Below are positions 1-8,172 of a DNA stretch of 27,887 nucleotides, piece after piece (the first letter of the stretch is position 1; each line of letters opens with the position of its first letter). Position numbers and translations under genes: made by a program. This DNA comes from Candidatus Moraniibacteriota bacterium (GTDB lineage: Bacteria; Patescibacteriota; Minisyncoccia; CAIUEV01; JAHKAQ01). The notes beneath the pieces are model-generated. The model did not search any database and was not told the origin of the DNA. It saw only the letters and a list, made by a program, of their open reading frames with translations. The stretch lies in NCBI GenBank assembly GCA_014729725.1, contig WJJL01000062.1, forward strand, positions 1-27,887, read 5' to 3'.

Positions 1-548
1 TATTTAATCCGTTATTATTTTCAATAAATTGGTTTGGTCAGATTTTTTTAATTTTTCGTCAAAGTAAATTTTTGTGTCAAAGCAATTTAGAAATGTCCCA
101 CTTAAAGAATGATAGCTATTTTTTAATGATTATTTATTGGATATAAAGAAATAATGTTTATTAAACATAAATAAAATGATATTTAATAAAATTAAAAAAA
201 TAAAACTCCTTGTCATGTTTTTAAATACAGCCATTTTTTAAAAATCCTTCGGGATATAATTGACATAGGATATATTGATTTTAAAATCGCCGGCTCGCAA
301 AGGGCGATTGTAGGAGAAAATGAATTTTTTGTAATGTTTGAGAAAGATTTTTAATAAATTTCCTAAATTTAAACCAAATTTAGGAAATTCTAACAAACAA
401 GGCAATGCAGGGAGGTTTTTATTTTTTTATAGGCTAGCTTATTGAATGAGTGACAATGATTAATTGTTAGTTTTTTTAGGAGAAAAGCTCCAATAAGTTA
501 CCTTCTGTTAATAAAAAAGCTTTAATATAATAGGGGTTTGTTTTGAAT

Positions 549-1727
549 TTAGAGATATTTTCTTTTTTGAAGTTTTTTAGGTAGACATTGCTGATCTTGT
601 TTATAATCAAAATCAGGGGGATATTTATAACCTTTGCCATAACCTAAATTTTTCATTAAATCGGTGGGAGCGTTTCGAATATGGAGGGGAACCGGCAGGT
701 TGCCGAATTTTTTGGCGTCTTTTCTGGCTTTTTTAATAGCTTTGTAGCAGCTTATGTCTTTTTTGGATTTAGCTAAATAGGCCACGCATTGAGCCAAGAT
801 TACATCACATTCCGGATAGCCGATGAAATGACAGGCCTGATAAGTGGAAACTGCCAGCATCAAAGCGCTGTTATTGGCAAGACCGATATCTTCGCTGGCA
901 AAGCGAACCAATCTTCTGGCAATGTAGAGAGGATCTTCACCGCCCTCGATCATCCTGGCCAACCAATAAAGAGCGGCATCGGTGTCGTTTGCCCGTAGAG
1001 ATTTATGCAAAGCTGAAATTATATTGTAGTGCTCCTCTCCTCCCTTGTCATATAAAAGATAGCTCTTTTGAAAGATGTCTTTAATTAATTTTTTAGTGAT
1101 CTTTTTTTTGCTTTGGCTAATAATTTGAAGGCTGTTTATAGCAGTTCTGGCGTCTGCATTAGATAAATGAGCAATTAAATTTAAATATTGGGGATTTATT
1201 TTCAGTTTATTTATTTTTGCGATGTTTTTGAGAATTTTGACTAAAGCCGTTAGATTTAACTGTTTTAACACAATCACTCTGGTTCGCGACAGTAAGGCGT
1301 TATTAATCTCGAAGCTGGGATTTTCGGTGGTGGCTCCTATTAAAGTGAAAGTGCCTTTTTCCACATAAGGAAGCAAGATGTCTTGTTGTCTTTTATTGAA
1401 ACGGTGAATTTCATCTATAAACAAAATGGTTTTTTTGCCTTCTGTTAAGTCTGTTTTTGCTTTTGTGATAATGGTTTTAATTTTAGAAATTCCGGAAGTT
1501 GCTGCGCTAAAATTAATAAAATTGGCTTTAGTTTTTTGGGCGATTATGTGAGCCAGAGTGGTTTTTCCGCAGCCCGGCGGTCCCCAAAAAATCAAAGAAG
1601 GCAAGGTGTCGTTTTTTATAGCCTGAAATAGAAATTTACCTTTTCCAACTATTTGTTCTTGACCGAAGAATTCTTTAAAAGTTTTTGGCCTGAATTTGTC
1701 CGCCCAGGGCTGGTGTTTTTTTTGCAT
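549..1727 (-). CDS. rarA: Replication-associated recombination protein A (RarA/MgsA), an AAA+ ATPase
   Basis: 392-aa ORF with the Walker A motif GPPGCGKTT and Walker B motif ILFIDEIHRF. The C-terminal MgsA-type helical lid (LYWLARMIEGGEDPLYIARRL) gives the domain order typical of RarA/WRNIP. Confidence 0.9.
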   Translation of the reverse strand: MQKKHQPWADKFRPKTFKEFFGQEQIVGKGKFLFQAIKNDTLPSLIFWGPPGCGKTTLAHIIAQKTKANFINFSAATSGISKIKTIITKAKTDLTEGKKTILFIDEIHRFNKRQQDILLPYVEKGTFTLIGATTENPSFEINNALLSRTRVIVLKQLNLTALVKILKNIAKINKLKINPQYLNLIAHLSNADARTAINSLQIISQSKKKITKKLIKDIFQKSYLLYDKGGEEHYNIISALHKSLRANDTDAALYWLARMIEGGEDPLYIARRLVRFASEDIGLANNSALMLAVSTYQACHFIGYPECDVILAQCVAYLAKSKKDISCYKAIKKARKDAKKFGNLPVPLHIRNAPTDLMKNLGYGKGYKYPPDFDYKQDQQCLPKKLQKRKYL

Positions 1728-1837
1728 AGATTAACTTTTATCATTTTATCGACGAGCCTGCTATTTGTTTCAATATAGAATTCGAGTTAAACAAGGCCGT
1801 TTATTAGCTTAATTTCAGACTATTTCTTTTCTTTAAT

Positions 1838-1866
1838 TTGTCAATTTTTGTTTTAAAATTTATAAT
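1838..1866 (+). promoter_or_regulatory. Sigma70-like promoter, TTGTCA-17-TATAAT, upstream of the ABC-2 permease gene
   Basis: TTGTCA at 1838-1843, an exact 17-nt spacer, then TATAAT at 1861-1866, about 105 nt upstream of the ATG at 1972. It lies in the divergent rarA/permease intergenic region. Confidence 0.5.
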
Positions 1867-1971
1867 TGATTTGAATTACGAAATAGATCAATTTTTTTTT
1901 AAGGGAATAAACTCCAAACAAATAGCACCATTGATAAATTAAGTTTAACCAAAAACAATATTTTTTATTTA

Positions 1972-2751
1972 ATGATTAAAAAAAAGCATAAAAGATATCT
2001 CCATTTAATGTGGGTCTTGGCCAAAACCGATTTCAAAATGCGCTACCACGCCTCTATTTTAGGCTATGTATGGGCGGTGTTAAAACCGCTTTTGATATTT
2101 TTGATTCTAAATTTCGTTTTTTCTCATGTTTTTGGCAGAGGCAGGGGGATTGAAAATTATTCTCTGCAGCTTATCACCGGGATTGTTGTTTGGACTTATT
2201 TTAATGAAGGCACCAATTTGGGACTTACTTCGCTTTTGAGTAAATCCAATATTTTAACTAAAATTTACTTTCCCAGATGGATAATTGTAATTTCTTCAAC
2301 CATTAATTCCACTTTGATATTTTTCATGAATATCTTTATATTGGTGGCTTTTTACATTTATTATAATGTTTATCCTTCCATTACAGAGATTTTATTTTCT
2401 TTTGTTTATATTCTTTTAACTTATGGCTTAATTGTAACTTTTTCTTTTTTTGCGGCCCCGCTTTATCTTCGTTTTCGGGATTTAAAACAGATTTGGGAAG
2501 TGATTTTGCAGGGTCTTTTTTTTGCGGCGCCTATTATTTACCCTCTTTATGTTATGCCGGCTCAATATCATAAGTATATTTTATTAAATCCCATGGGGAT
2601 TATTATTCATTATCTAAAGGTTACCTTAATCGAAGATCGGCTTCCCAATCTAAGCAATCATCTTTTGTTTTTTATTCTTTTAGCCTTGTTTTTTATAGCA
2701 AGTTTGGTATTTTTTAAAATAACCAGTAAAAAAGCGGCCGAATATGTTTGA
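1972..2751 (+). CDS. ABC-2 type exporter permease (Wzm/TagG/KpsM-like, polysaccharide or teichoic-acid export family)
   Basis: 259-aa ORF with six predicted TM segments. The N-terminal signature LAKTDFKMRYHASILGYVWAVLKPLL is typical of ABC-2 (Wzm/TagG) permeases. No cognate ATPase gene is adjacent. Confidence 0.8.
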   Translation: MIKKKHKRYLHLMWVLAKTDFKMRYHASILGYVWAVLKPLLIFLILNFVFSHVFGRGRGIENYSLQLITGIVVWTYFNEGTNLGLTSLLSKSNILTKIYFPRWIIVISSTINSTLIFFMNIFILVAFYIYYNVYPSITEILFSFVYILLTYGLIVTFSFFAAPLYLRFRDLKQIWEVILQGLFFAAPIIYPLYVMPAQYHKYILLNPMGIIIHYLKVTLIEDRLPNLSNHLLFFILLALFFIASLVFFKITSKKAAEYV

Positions 2752-2835
2752 TAAAAATTAAAGATAACAAGATTGCGGTTGTTGAAATTGAAAAATTTTT
2801 GATTTTAAGCTAAGATAAGGCTAAATAAAATTTAA

Positions 2836-2907
2836 GCGGGTATCGTATAGTGGCTATTATTCCACCCTTCCAAGGTGGAGAGACGGGTTCAAATCCCGTT
2901 ACCCGCT
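2836..2907 (+). tRNA. tRNA-Gly (anticodon TCC)
   Basis: Cloverleaf with a perfect 7-bp acceptor stem (GCGGGTA/TACCCGC), anticodon arm CCACC-CTTCCAA-GGTGG giving anticodon UCC, and a T-arm ACGGG-TTCAAAT-CCCGT. It closely resembles Bacillus tRNA-Gly(UCC). Confidence 0.85.
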
Positions 2908-3172
2908 CCGTAAAGAAATAAAGGGGAGTTTTATAGTATTTGATTGGTGGGGGAAATGACATGTTTTTATTGAATTTATTATTTTGAATATATCTTAGAG
3001 CTTTTTTGTCGACGGTTATTTAAAAACAATTTCTAGTAGCAATTTCTGTTTTTATTAATGCTTAGGCAAAAGGTTTAATTCAAAAAATATCTCAATAATT
3101 TCTTTTCCTTGCTGGAGGAAGCAATAAACCCTTTATTTTAATACAGGATAAATTTAATTTTTAAACTAAAAT

Positions 3173-4693
3173 ATGAGCACCACACTAGTTTTTGTTGTTG
3201 CTTTGGTTTTGGGAATAGTTTCCTATCATTTTGTTTCCAATTATATTTTAAAAAGCAAAGAAAAAAGATCCAAAAGCAAAGCTGATAAATTGGTTTCCGA
3301 TGCCAACCTTAAAGCCAAGGACATAATTTTGGAGGCCAAAGACAAAGCGGTTAAAGCTTTAAGCGAAATTAAAAAAGAGGAGGAAATAAGAAGAAGTCAA
3401 TTAAATAAAACCGAAGAAAGATTAAGTCGCATGGAAGGTCAAGTGGAGAAAAAGGAAAAGCAGACCAACAAACGCAAAAAAGATATTGAAGAAAAAATTA
3501 AGCAAGTCAAAGAAATTAAAGAAAAACTTTCTCAAATCAGGAAAAGCCAAATCGCCAAATTGGAAAAAATCGCCAAACTGAATCAGGAGCAAGCTAAAAA
3601 ATTGATGTTGGATTTAATTGAAGAGGAAAACAAGGAAATGATTTTAAAGAAGATACAAAAAATTGAGGAGAAAAATAAAGAAAAATTGGAAAAGAAAGCG
3701 GTTAATTTAATGACTATGGCTATGCAGCGTTATGCCTCCAGCCATGTAAGCGATACAACCACCACTACCGTCAATTTACCTGATGATGAGCTAAAGGGTA
3801 GAATAATTGGACGAGAGGGGAGAAACATTAATTCCATAGAACGTTTAACCGGAGCTGAAATTATTGTTGATGACACTCCGGAGGCCATTATTGTTTCGGC
3901 TTTTGATCCAGTTAGAAGAGAGGTGGCCAAACTTACTCTTCAAAAACTGATACAGGATGGCAGAATTCATCCGGCTAAAATTGAAGAAACCGTTAACTCA
4001 GTAAAAAGGGAAATCGCCAAAAAGGTTAAGGAAGCCGGGGAAGCTGCGGTTTATGATGTAGGAATTACAGGATTGGACGAGAAACTGGTTCAGCTTATCG
4101 GAAGACTGCGCTTTCGAACAAGTTATGGTCAAAATGTATTAATTCATGCCATTGAGGTGGCTCATTTGTCCGGGATGTTGGCTCAAGAATTAGGGCTTGA
4201 TCCCACCCTTTGTAAAAAAGCGGGACTTTTGCACGATATAGGAAAAGTGGTTGATCATGAAGTGGAGGGAACTCATATTGATATAGGGATAAATATTTTG
4301 AAAAAATTTAATATTTCTGAAGAAGTAATTGAGGCCATGAAACACCATCATGATGATTTACCATGTGAAAAACCGGAAGCTGCTGTTATTGCGGCGGCTG
4401 ATGCGATCTCGGCTTCCAGACCGGGCGCCAGAAAAGACACTTTGGAAAATTACTTAAAAAGATTAAAAGAGCTGGAAGATTTGGCCGGTAATTTCGAAGA
4501 GGTAGAAAAATGTTATGCCATTCAGGCCGGAAGAGAGATTAGGATTTTTGTTAATCCGGAAGTTATTGATGATTTAAAAGCTAATAAACTGGCCAGAAAA
4601 ATTGCTGAAAAAATTGAGGACGAATTAAAATATCCCGGAGAAGTCAAGGTTAATTTAATTCGGGAAACTCGTTCTATTGAATACGCTAGATAA
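3173..4693 (+). CDS. rny: Ribonuclease Y
   Basis: 506 aa with an N-terminal TM helix and a long Lys/Glu-rich coiled coil. The KH domain (GRIIGREGRNINSIE) is followed by an HD domain (LLHDIGK, HHHDD). The gene is followed by ymdB as in Firmicutes-type operons. Confidence 0.9.
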   Translation: MSTTLVFVVALVLGIVSYHFVSNYILKSKEKRSKSKADKLVSDANLKAKDIILEAKDKAVKALSEIKKEEEIRRSQLNKTEERLSRMEGQVEKKEKQTNKRKKDIEEKIKQVKEIKEKLSQIRKSQIAKLEKIAKLNQEQAKKLMLDLIEEENKEMILKKIQKIEEKNKEKLEKKAVNLMTMAMQRYASSHVSDTTTTTVNLPDDELKGRIIGREGRNINSIERLTGAEIIVDDTPEAIIVSAFDPVRREVAKLTLQKLIQDGRIHPAKIEETVNSVKREIAKKVKEAGEAAVYDVGITGLDEKLVQLIGRLRFRTSYGQNVLIHAIEVAHLSGMLAQELGLDPTLCKKAGLLHDIGKVVDHEVEGTHIDIGINILKKFNISEEVIEAMKHHHDDLPCEKPEAAVIAAADAISASRPGARKDTLENYLKRLKELEDLAGNFEEVEKCYAIQAGREIRIFVNPEVIDDLKANKLARKIAEKIEDELKYPGEVKVNLIRETRSIEYAR

Positions 4694-4705
4694 TAAATTT
4701 TATTT

Positions 4706-5500
4706 ATGAAAATATTGTTTTTTGCCGATATTGTAGCCAGACCCGGAAGAGAGGCGGTGGAGTTAGCCATCCCCAAGCTAAAAAATAAATACAAGCCGGA
4801 CATTATTATTGCCAATGGTGAAAATATTGCCCATGGAACCGGATTAACCGGAGAAACAGTTGAAAAATTAATAAAAAGCGGAGTTGATTTTTTTACCTCC
4901 GGCAACCATGTTTGGAAAAAACAAGGCAAAGAATTACTGCAAGACAAAAAGGTGCCTTTGATAAGGCCGGCTAATTATCCTCAAGGGGTTATTGGGGATG
5001 GTTTTAGAATAATTAATGTTTTAACTCAAAGAATTGCCGTGGTTAGTTTAATTGGTCGTACTTTTTTTAAATTTCATTATGATTGTCCTTTTAGGGAAGC
5101 GGATAAAATCATTGATTATTTAGAATCTCAAGGATGCAAAACCGTTTTCGTGGATTTTCATTGCGAGGCGACCAGCGAGGCTAAAGCCCTTGGATGTTAC
5201 TTGGATGGAAAAGTATCAGCTGTTATTGGAACGCATACACATATTCAGACTTCAGATGAGCAGATAATGAAAGGCAAGACCGCTTATATTACGGATGCGG
5301 GAATGTGCGGTAAAAAAGATTCTATTTTGGGTCGAAATAAAGATGAAGTAATTGAGGGCTTTTTAAAGCAAGAATCCGTTGACTCGGATTGGGATACTAG
5401 ATGGAAAAAAGCTTTAATTCAGGGGGTTTTTTTAGAAATCGATAAAAAAGGTCGGGCCAAAAAGATCCAAAGGATTTCCCAAGTTATTAAAAATCCCTAA
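4706..5500 (+). CDS. ymdB: YmdB-family metallophosphoesterase (2',3'-cyclic-nucleotide phosphodiesterase, TIGR00282-like)
   Basis: 264 aa. The N-terminus MKILFFADIVARPGREAV and the motifs GENIAHGTG, GNH, GTHTH, TDAGM plus the conserved rny-ymdB linkage support the call. Confidence 0.85.
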   Translation: MKILFFADIVARPGREAVELAIPKLKNKYKPDIIIANGENIAHGTGLTGETVEKLIKSGVDFFTSGNHVWKKQGKELLQDKKVPLIRPANYPQGVIGDGFRIINVLTQRIAVVSLIGRTFFKFHYDCPFREADKIIDYLESQGCKTVFVDFHCEATSEAKALGCYLDGKVSAVIGTHTHIQTSDEQIMKGKTAYITDAGMCGKKDSILGRNKDEVIEGFLKQESVDSDWDTRWKKALIQGVFLEIDKKGRAKKIQRISQVIKNP

Positions 5501-5531
5501 ATTAATTATTAAGGAAAGGGGGTGTAAATTT

Positions 5532-5813
5532 ATGGAAACATTAAACAAAGCCGATATCGTGGATGCGGTTTCCCAAAAAACCGGTCAAAGCAAGAAAGAT
5601 ACATTGGAAACTGTCGATGTCTTATTAAATGAGATTTCTCAAAATATTAAAAACGGAAAAAAAGTTAATTTTACAGGTTTTGGATCCTTTATGGTTAGAA
5701 CAAGAAAAGGTCGCATTGGAAGAAACCCAAGAACCGGAGAAAAAATTGAAATTGATCCGACCAATGTGCCAAAATTTAAGGCCGGAACTGTTTTAAAACA
5801 AATGGTCAGATGA
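5532..5813 (+). CDS. hup: HU/IHF-family nucleoid DNA-binding protein
   Basis: 93 aa. The HU signature ...FTGFGSF.VR.R..R.GRNP.TGE.I.I... is present. A strong Shine-Dalgarno sequence (AAGGAAAGGGGGTG) lies 8 nt upstream. Confidence 0.85.
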   Translation: METLNKADIVDAVSQKTGQSKKDTLETVDVLLNEISQNIKNGKKVNFTGFGSFMVRTRKGRIGRNPRTGEKIEIDPTNVPKFKAGTVLKQMVR

Positions 5814-5825
5814 TTTTTATTTTTT

Positions 5826-5852
5826 AAAAAACCGCGAAATTCGCGGTTTTTT
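5826..5852. terminator. Bidirectional intrinsic terminator between hup (+) and tRNA-Thr (-)
   Basis: AAAAAA, then a CCGCG-AAATT-CGCGG hairpin, then TTTTTT. The symmetry means it can terminate both strands. Confidence 0.65.
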
Positions 5853-5866
5853 GCTCTAAAAGCGGG

Positions 5867-5938
5867 AGCCGGCGGTCGGATTCGAACCCACGACCTACTC
5901 TTTACAAGAGAGTTGCTCTACCACTGAGCTACGCCGGC
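5867..5938 (-). tRNA. tRNA-Thr (anticodon TGT)
   Basis: Reverse complement GCCGGCG-TA-GCTCAGTGGTAGAGC-A-ACTCT-CTTGTAA-AGAGT-AGGTC-GTGGG-TTCGAAT-CCCAC-CGCCGGC-T. The 7-bp acceptor stem is perfect and the anticodon is UGU. Confidence 0.85.
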
Positions 5939-6073
5939 CGGTCAGTTTAGTTAATGCATGAGCCTCTAATTGTTTGTTTATCTTTTGAAACAAGCATAAA
6001 ATCCCAACAAGCAGCCCTATCCATTAATATATAATTTTTTATCAAAAAAAATAAGTTTGATCAAATTTTAGAC

Positions 6074-6994
6074 TCACTTGCTTTTTATTATGGCTTTGTT
6101 TTTTTGAAATTTGTGATAATCGCAAACAGAGGGGGAGTTGGTGCCCAGAATCAGCTGGATGTTTAAATTATCCGCTAAAATTTTGGCGATTTTTTTAGCG
6201 CAGTAGCGGGGATTTTGATCCCACTGCTTAAAAGAATGATCCTGGGCTTCGTCGATAATAATTAATCCTAAATTATTAAAATTGGCCAAAACCGCTGACC
6301 TGGTTCCGATTATAAGGGATTTCTTGTTTTCTCTGATTTGAAGTAATTCAACAAAAAAGCCTTTGGGATTTTTCTTTTTATTTAAAACAGAGATCTTTTG
6401 ACTGCCAAAAATTTGAGAAAATTTTTGAAAATACAAATCAATTAAAAAAAGATCAGGCACTAAAAAAAGCACTTGTTTTTTCTCTCCAAGAATTTTGGAG
6501 ATTAAATACAGATAAATATTGATTCTATCTTTTTCTATAAGTAAAACTTGCTTTTTGTTCTCAATTTTTCTTAATACTTTTTTTATTAAACTGATTTGTT
6601 TTTTTTTGATTTTAAATTTACCTTGAGCTTTGATATATTGAGAATTGGATTTTACAAAAGCCTTTTTGTTTCCCCAGGTTAGGTTTAAAATGGTTGGTCT
6701 TGAGACAAAATAATAGCCGGCAATTTGGTCTGTGATATCCAATTGTTTCTGAGTGAAAAGACCCGGGTAGATCATTTTGGATATTTTTTTGAATTTAAAT
6801 TTTTGAGGCTTATTTTTTTTGATTCTTTCCGTTATAATTGCGTGAATTTTCCTTGATCGAAATTCGACCTGCACTAGGCTACCTGGATCCAAGGGCCTTA
6901 AGGAGTAATAAGTAAAGTTTTTTCTTATTAGTAAAGGAAGTCGAATAACAGGAATAACATTATAATAATATTTTGCAGATTTAATTTTGTTCAT
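6074..6994 (-). CDS. PriA (primosomal protein N')-like fragment. It keeps the N-terminal 3' DNA-binding domain and a degenerate helicase lobe 1, is truncated after motif III, and lacks the Walker A lysine
   Basis: 306 aa. The N-terminus YYYNVIPVIRLPL...FTYYS matches the PriA 3'BD start. The segment LLIEKDRINIYLYL...KKQVLFLVPDL...LIIGTRSAVLANFNNLGLIIIDEAQDHSFKQ...RYCAKKIA...LILGTNSPS is collinear with E. coli PriA GVTGSGKTEVYL...GKQALVMVPEI...AIVIGTRSALF..LGVIVIDEEHDSSYKQ...RYHARD...ILGSATP. The GSGKT P-loop is replaced by EKDRIN and DEEH by DEAQ. The ORF stops where the Cys-rich region and lobe 2 should begin. Confidence 0.6.
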   Translation of the reverse strand: MNKIKSAKYYYNVIPVIRLPLLIRKNFTYYSLRPLDPGSLVQVEFRSRKIHAIITERIKKNKPQKFKFKKISKMIYPGLFTQKQLDITDQIAGYYFVSRPTILNLTWGNKKAFVKSNSQYIKAQGKFKIKKKQISLIKKVLRKIENKKQVLLIEKDRINIYLYLISKILGEKKQVLFLVPDLFLIDLYFQKFSQIFGSQKISVLNKKKNPKGFFVELLQIRENKKSLIIGTRSAVLANFNNLGLIIIDEAQDHSFKQWDQNPRYCAKKIAKILADNLNIQLILGTNSPSVCDYHKFQKNKAIIKSK

Positions 6995-8003
6995 GAAAAA
7001 AATTAATCAAATTGACAAAGTTTTTTTAAAACAGGTTATTTATACCTTGATATACTTAAGAATAAGAAAAATCCCTGCAACCAATATTTGTATTTTAAAA
7101 TATCTTTTTAAAAATAAAAATTTTTATTTGGATCAAAAGAATGTTCTTATTAGCTTAAGAATCATTTTAGATTTTTTAATCAATAAGGGCAAAGTGGTTT
7201 ATGAATTTGGAGCTTATTATTGGATTTTTGAAAATGAATTCTATAGAAAACAACAATTTTACAAAAACGCAATTGAATTAAAGAAAAACTCTTTTTCCAA
7301 AATAAAAATTGCCAGAAAAATTTGTCGGATTTTAAAATATCTACCTTTTATTAAATTGATTGGCATCAATGGAACTGTAGCTTTGGGAAACGCCCGCAAA
7401 AAAAGCGACATTGACTTTTTCGTTATTTGTAAAGATAAGAGGATTTGGACCACCCGGTTATTAATGATTATTATTTTGGAGATACTGGATAGAAGGAAAA
7501 AGAAAGGTAAGAATAAGGATCGAATTTGTCTTAACTCTTTTGCTAATTTTAAAAATTTGGAATTTAGGTATCAAGACAGATATAGCGCCTTAGAGCTTTT
7601 GGCTATGTTAAATATAATTGATCGAGATAATTGTTATACAAAATTGGTTAAAGAAAATCTGCCATGGATTAAGAAATATTTTGCAATCAATGATTTGGAA
7701 GTGATTTTAAACAAAAACAGTCTTTTATCTTTTAATTTACAAAAGCCGTTTATTTTTAGAGCGGCTGATTTTTTGTTTGGTTTAAAGATTTTTAATTTTA
7801 TAGAACAAGCAGCCAGGCTTTTTCAGGAAAAAAGAATAAAGAAAAAAGCGGCTAAATTAAAAAAAGGACAAGTTTATTGGAGTGATGACGCTTTAATTTT
7901 TCATCCTAAACCCAAAAGCCGATTATATCAAAAAAAATTTTTAAAAAGATTAAAAAAAGAAAAAAAGCAATTAAAAGAATTATTTAAAGCTTTCAAAATA
8001 TAA
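6993..8003 (+). CDS. Pol-beta-superfamily nucleotidyltransferase domain protein with an N-terminal winged-helix-like region
   Basis: About 336 aa from the ATG at 6993 (the ORF track begins at a TTG at 6987). The minimal NTase signature GINGTVALGNARKKSDIDFFV matches the G[SG]-x9-13-DhD pattern. The preceding ~120 aa have alpha/beta wHTH character. The Lys-rich C-terminus is of unknown function. Confidence 0.55.
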   Translation: MKKINQIDKVFLKQVIYTLIYLRIRKIPATNICILKYLFKNKNFYLDQKNVLISLRIILDFLINKGKVVYEFGAYYWIFENEFYRKQQFYKNAIELKKNSFSKIKIARKICRILKYLPFIKLIGINGTVALGNARKKSDIDFFVICKDKRIWTTRLLMIIILEILDRRKKKGKNKDRICLNSFANFKNLEFRYQDRYSALELLAMLNIIDRDNCYTKLVKENLPWIKKYFAINDLEVILNKNSLLSFNLQKPFIFRAADFLFGLKIFNFIEQAARLFQEKRIKKKAAKLKKGQVYWSDDALIFHPKPKSRLYQKKFLKRLKKEKKQLKELFKAFKI

Positions 8004-8032
8004 ATTATTTAAAATAAGGCAAATATTCACTC

Positions 8033-8062
8033 TTGATTAATTTTTGAGTCTTGTGATATAAT
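8033..8062 (+). promoter_or_regulatory. Sigma70-like promoter with an extended -10 for the nrdR-nrdD-nrdG array
   Basis: TTGATT at 8033-8038, an 18-nt spacer, then TGaTATAAT at 8054-8062. It lies about 110 nt upstream of the nrdR ATG. Confidence 0.45.
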
Positions 8063-8073
8063 TTGATTTACAA

Positions 8074-8089
8074 ACACAATATATTGTAT
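8074..8089 (+). promoter_or_regulatory. Candidate NrdR box (operator) immediately downstream of the -10
   Basis: ACACAATATATTGTAT is a near-palindromic 16-mer matching the NrdR-box consensus (acaCwAtATaTwGtgt) described upstream of nrd operons. It overlaps the predicted transcription start. Confidence 0.45.
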
Positions 8090-8172
8090 AAAATTCATAT
8101 TGAAGTTAATAAGCAATATTTTTCGATAAAATAAAATTCCAATAGACAAGTCAATAAATTAAGCATAACAAA

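Noticed and set aside
789-998. Short opposite-strand or alternate-frame ORFs from the six-frame track that lie inside long, well-supported genes (789..998, 3730..3930, 4522..4947, 7259..7453, 8308..8493, 8729..8917, 9471..9719, 9530..9715, 9764..10030, 9966..10157, 10146..10334, 11934..12170, 12553..12756, 13469..13678, 14294..14494, 14337..14519, 14826..15026, 15347..15589, 16168..16365, 21440..21655, 22433..22645, 26112..26366, 26414..26641)
   Set aside because: Each is fully embedded in a larger ORF with clear family signatures (rarA, rny, nrdD, serS, alaS, GT4, SPFH, the sensor kinase and others). All are 60-90 aa with low-complexity translations, which is typical of shadow ORFs.
6987-6992. 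TTG at 6987 as the start of the nucleotidyltransferase gene, as implied by the ORF track
   Set aside because: An in-frame ATG follows two codons later (6993). A TTG start would extend the overlap with the PriA fragment further without any added support.
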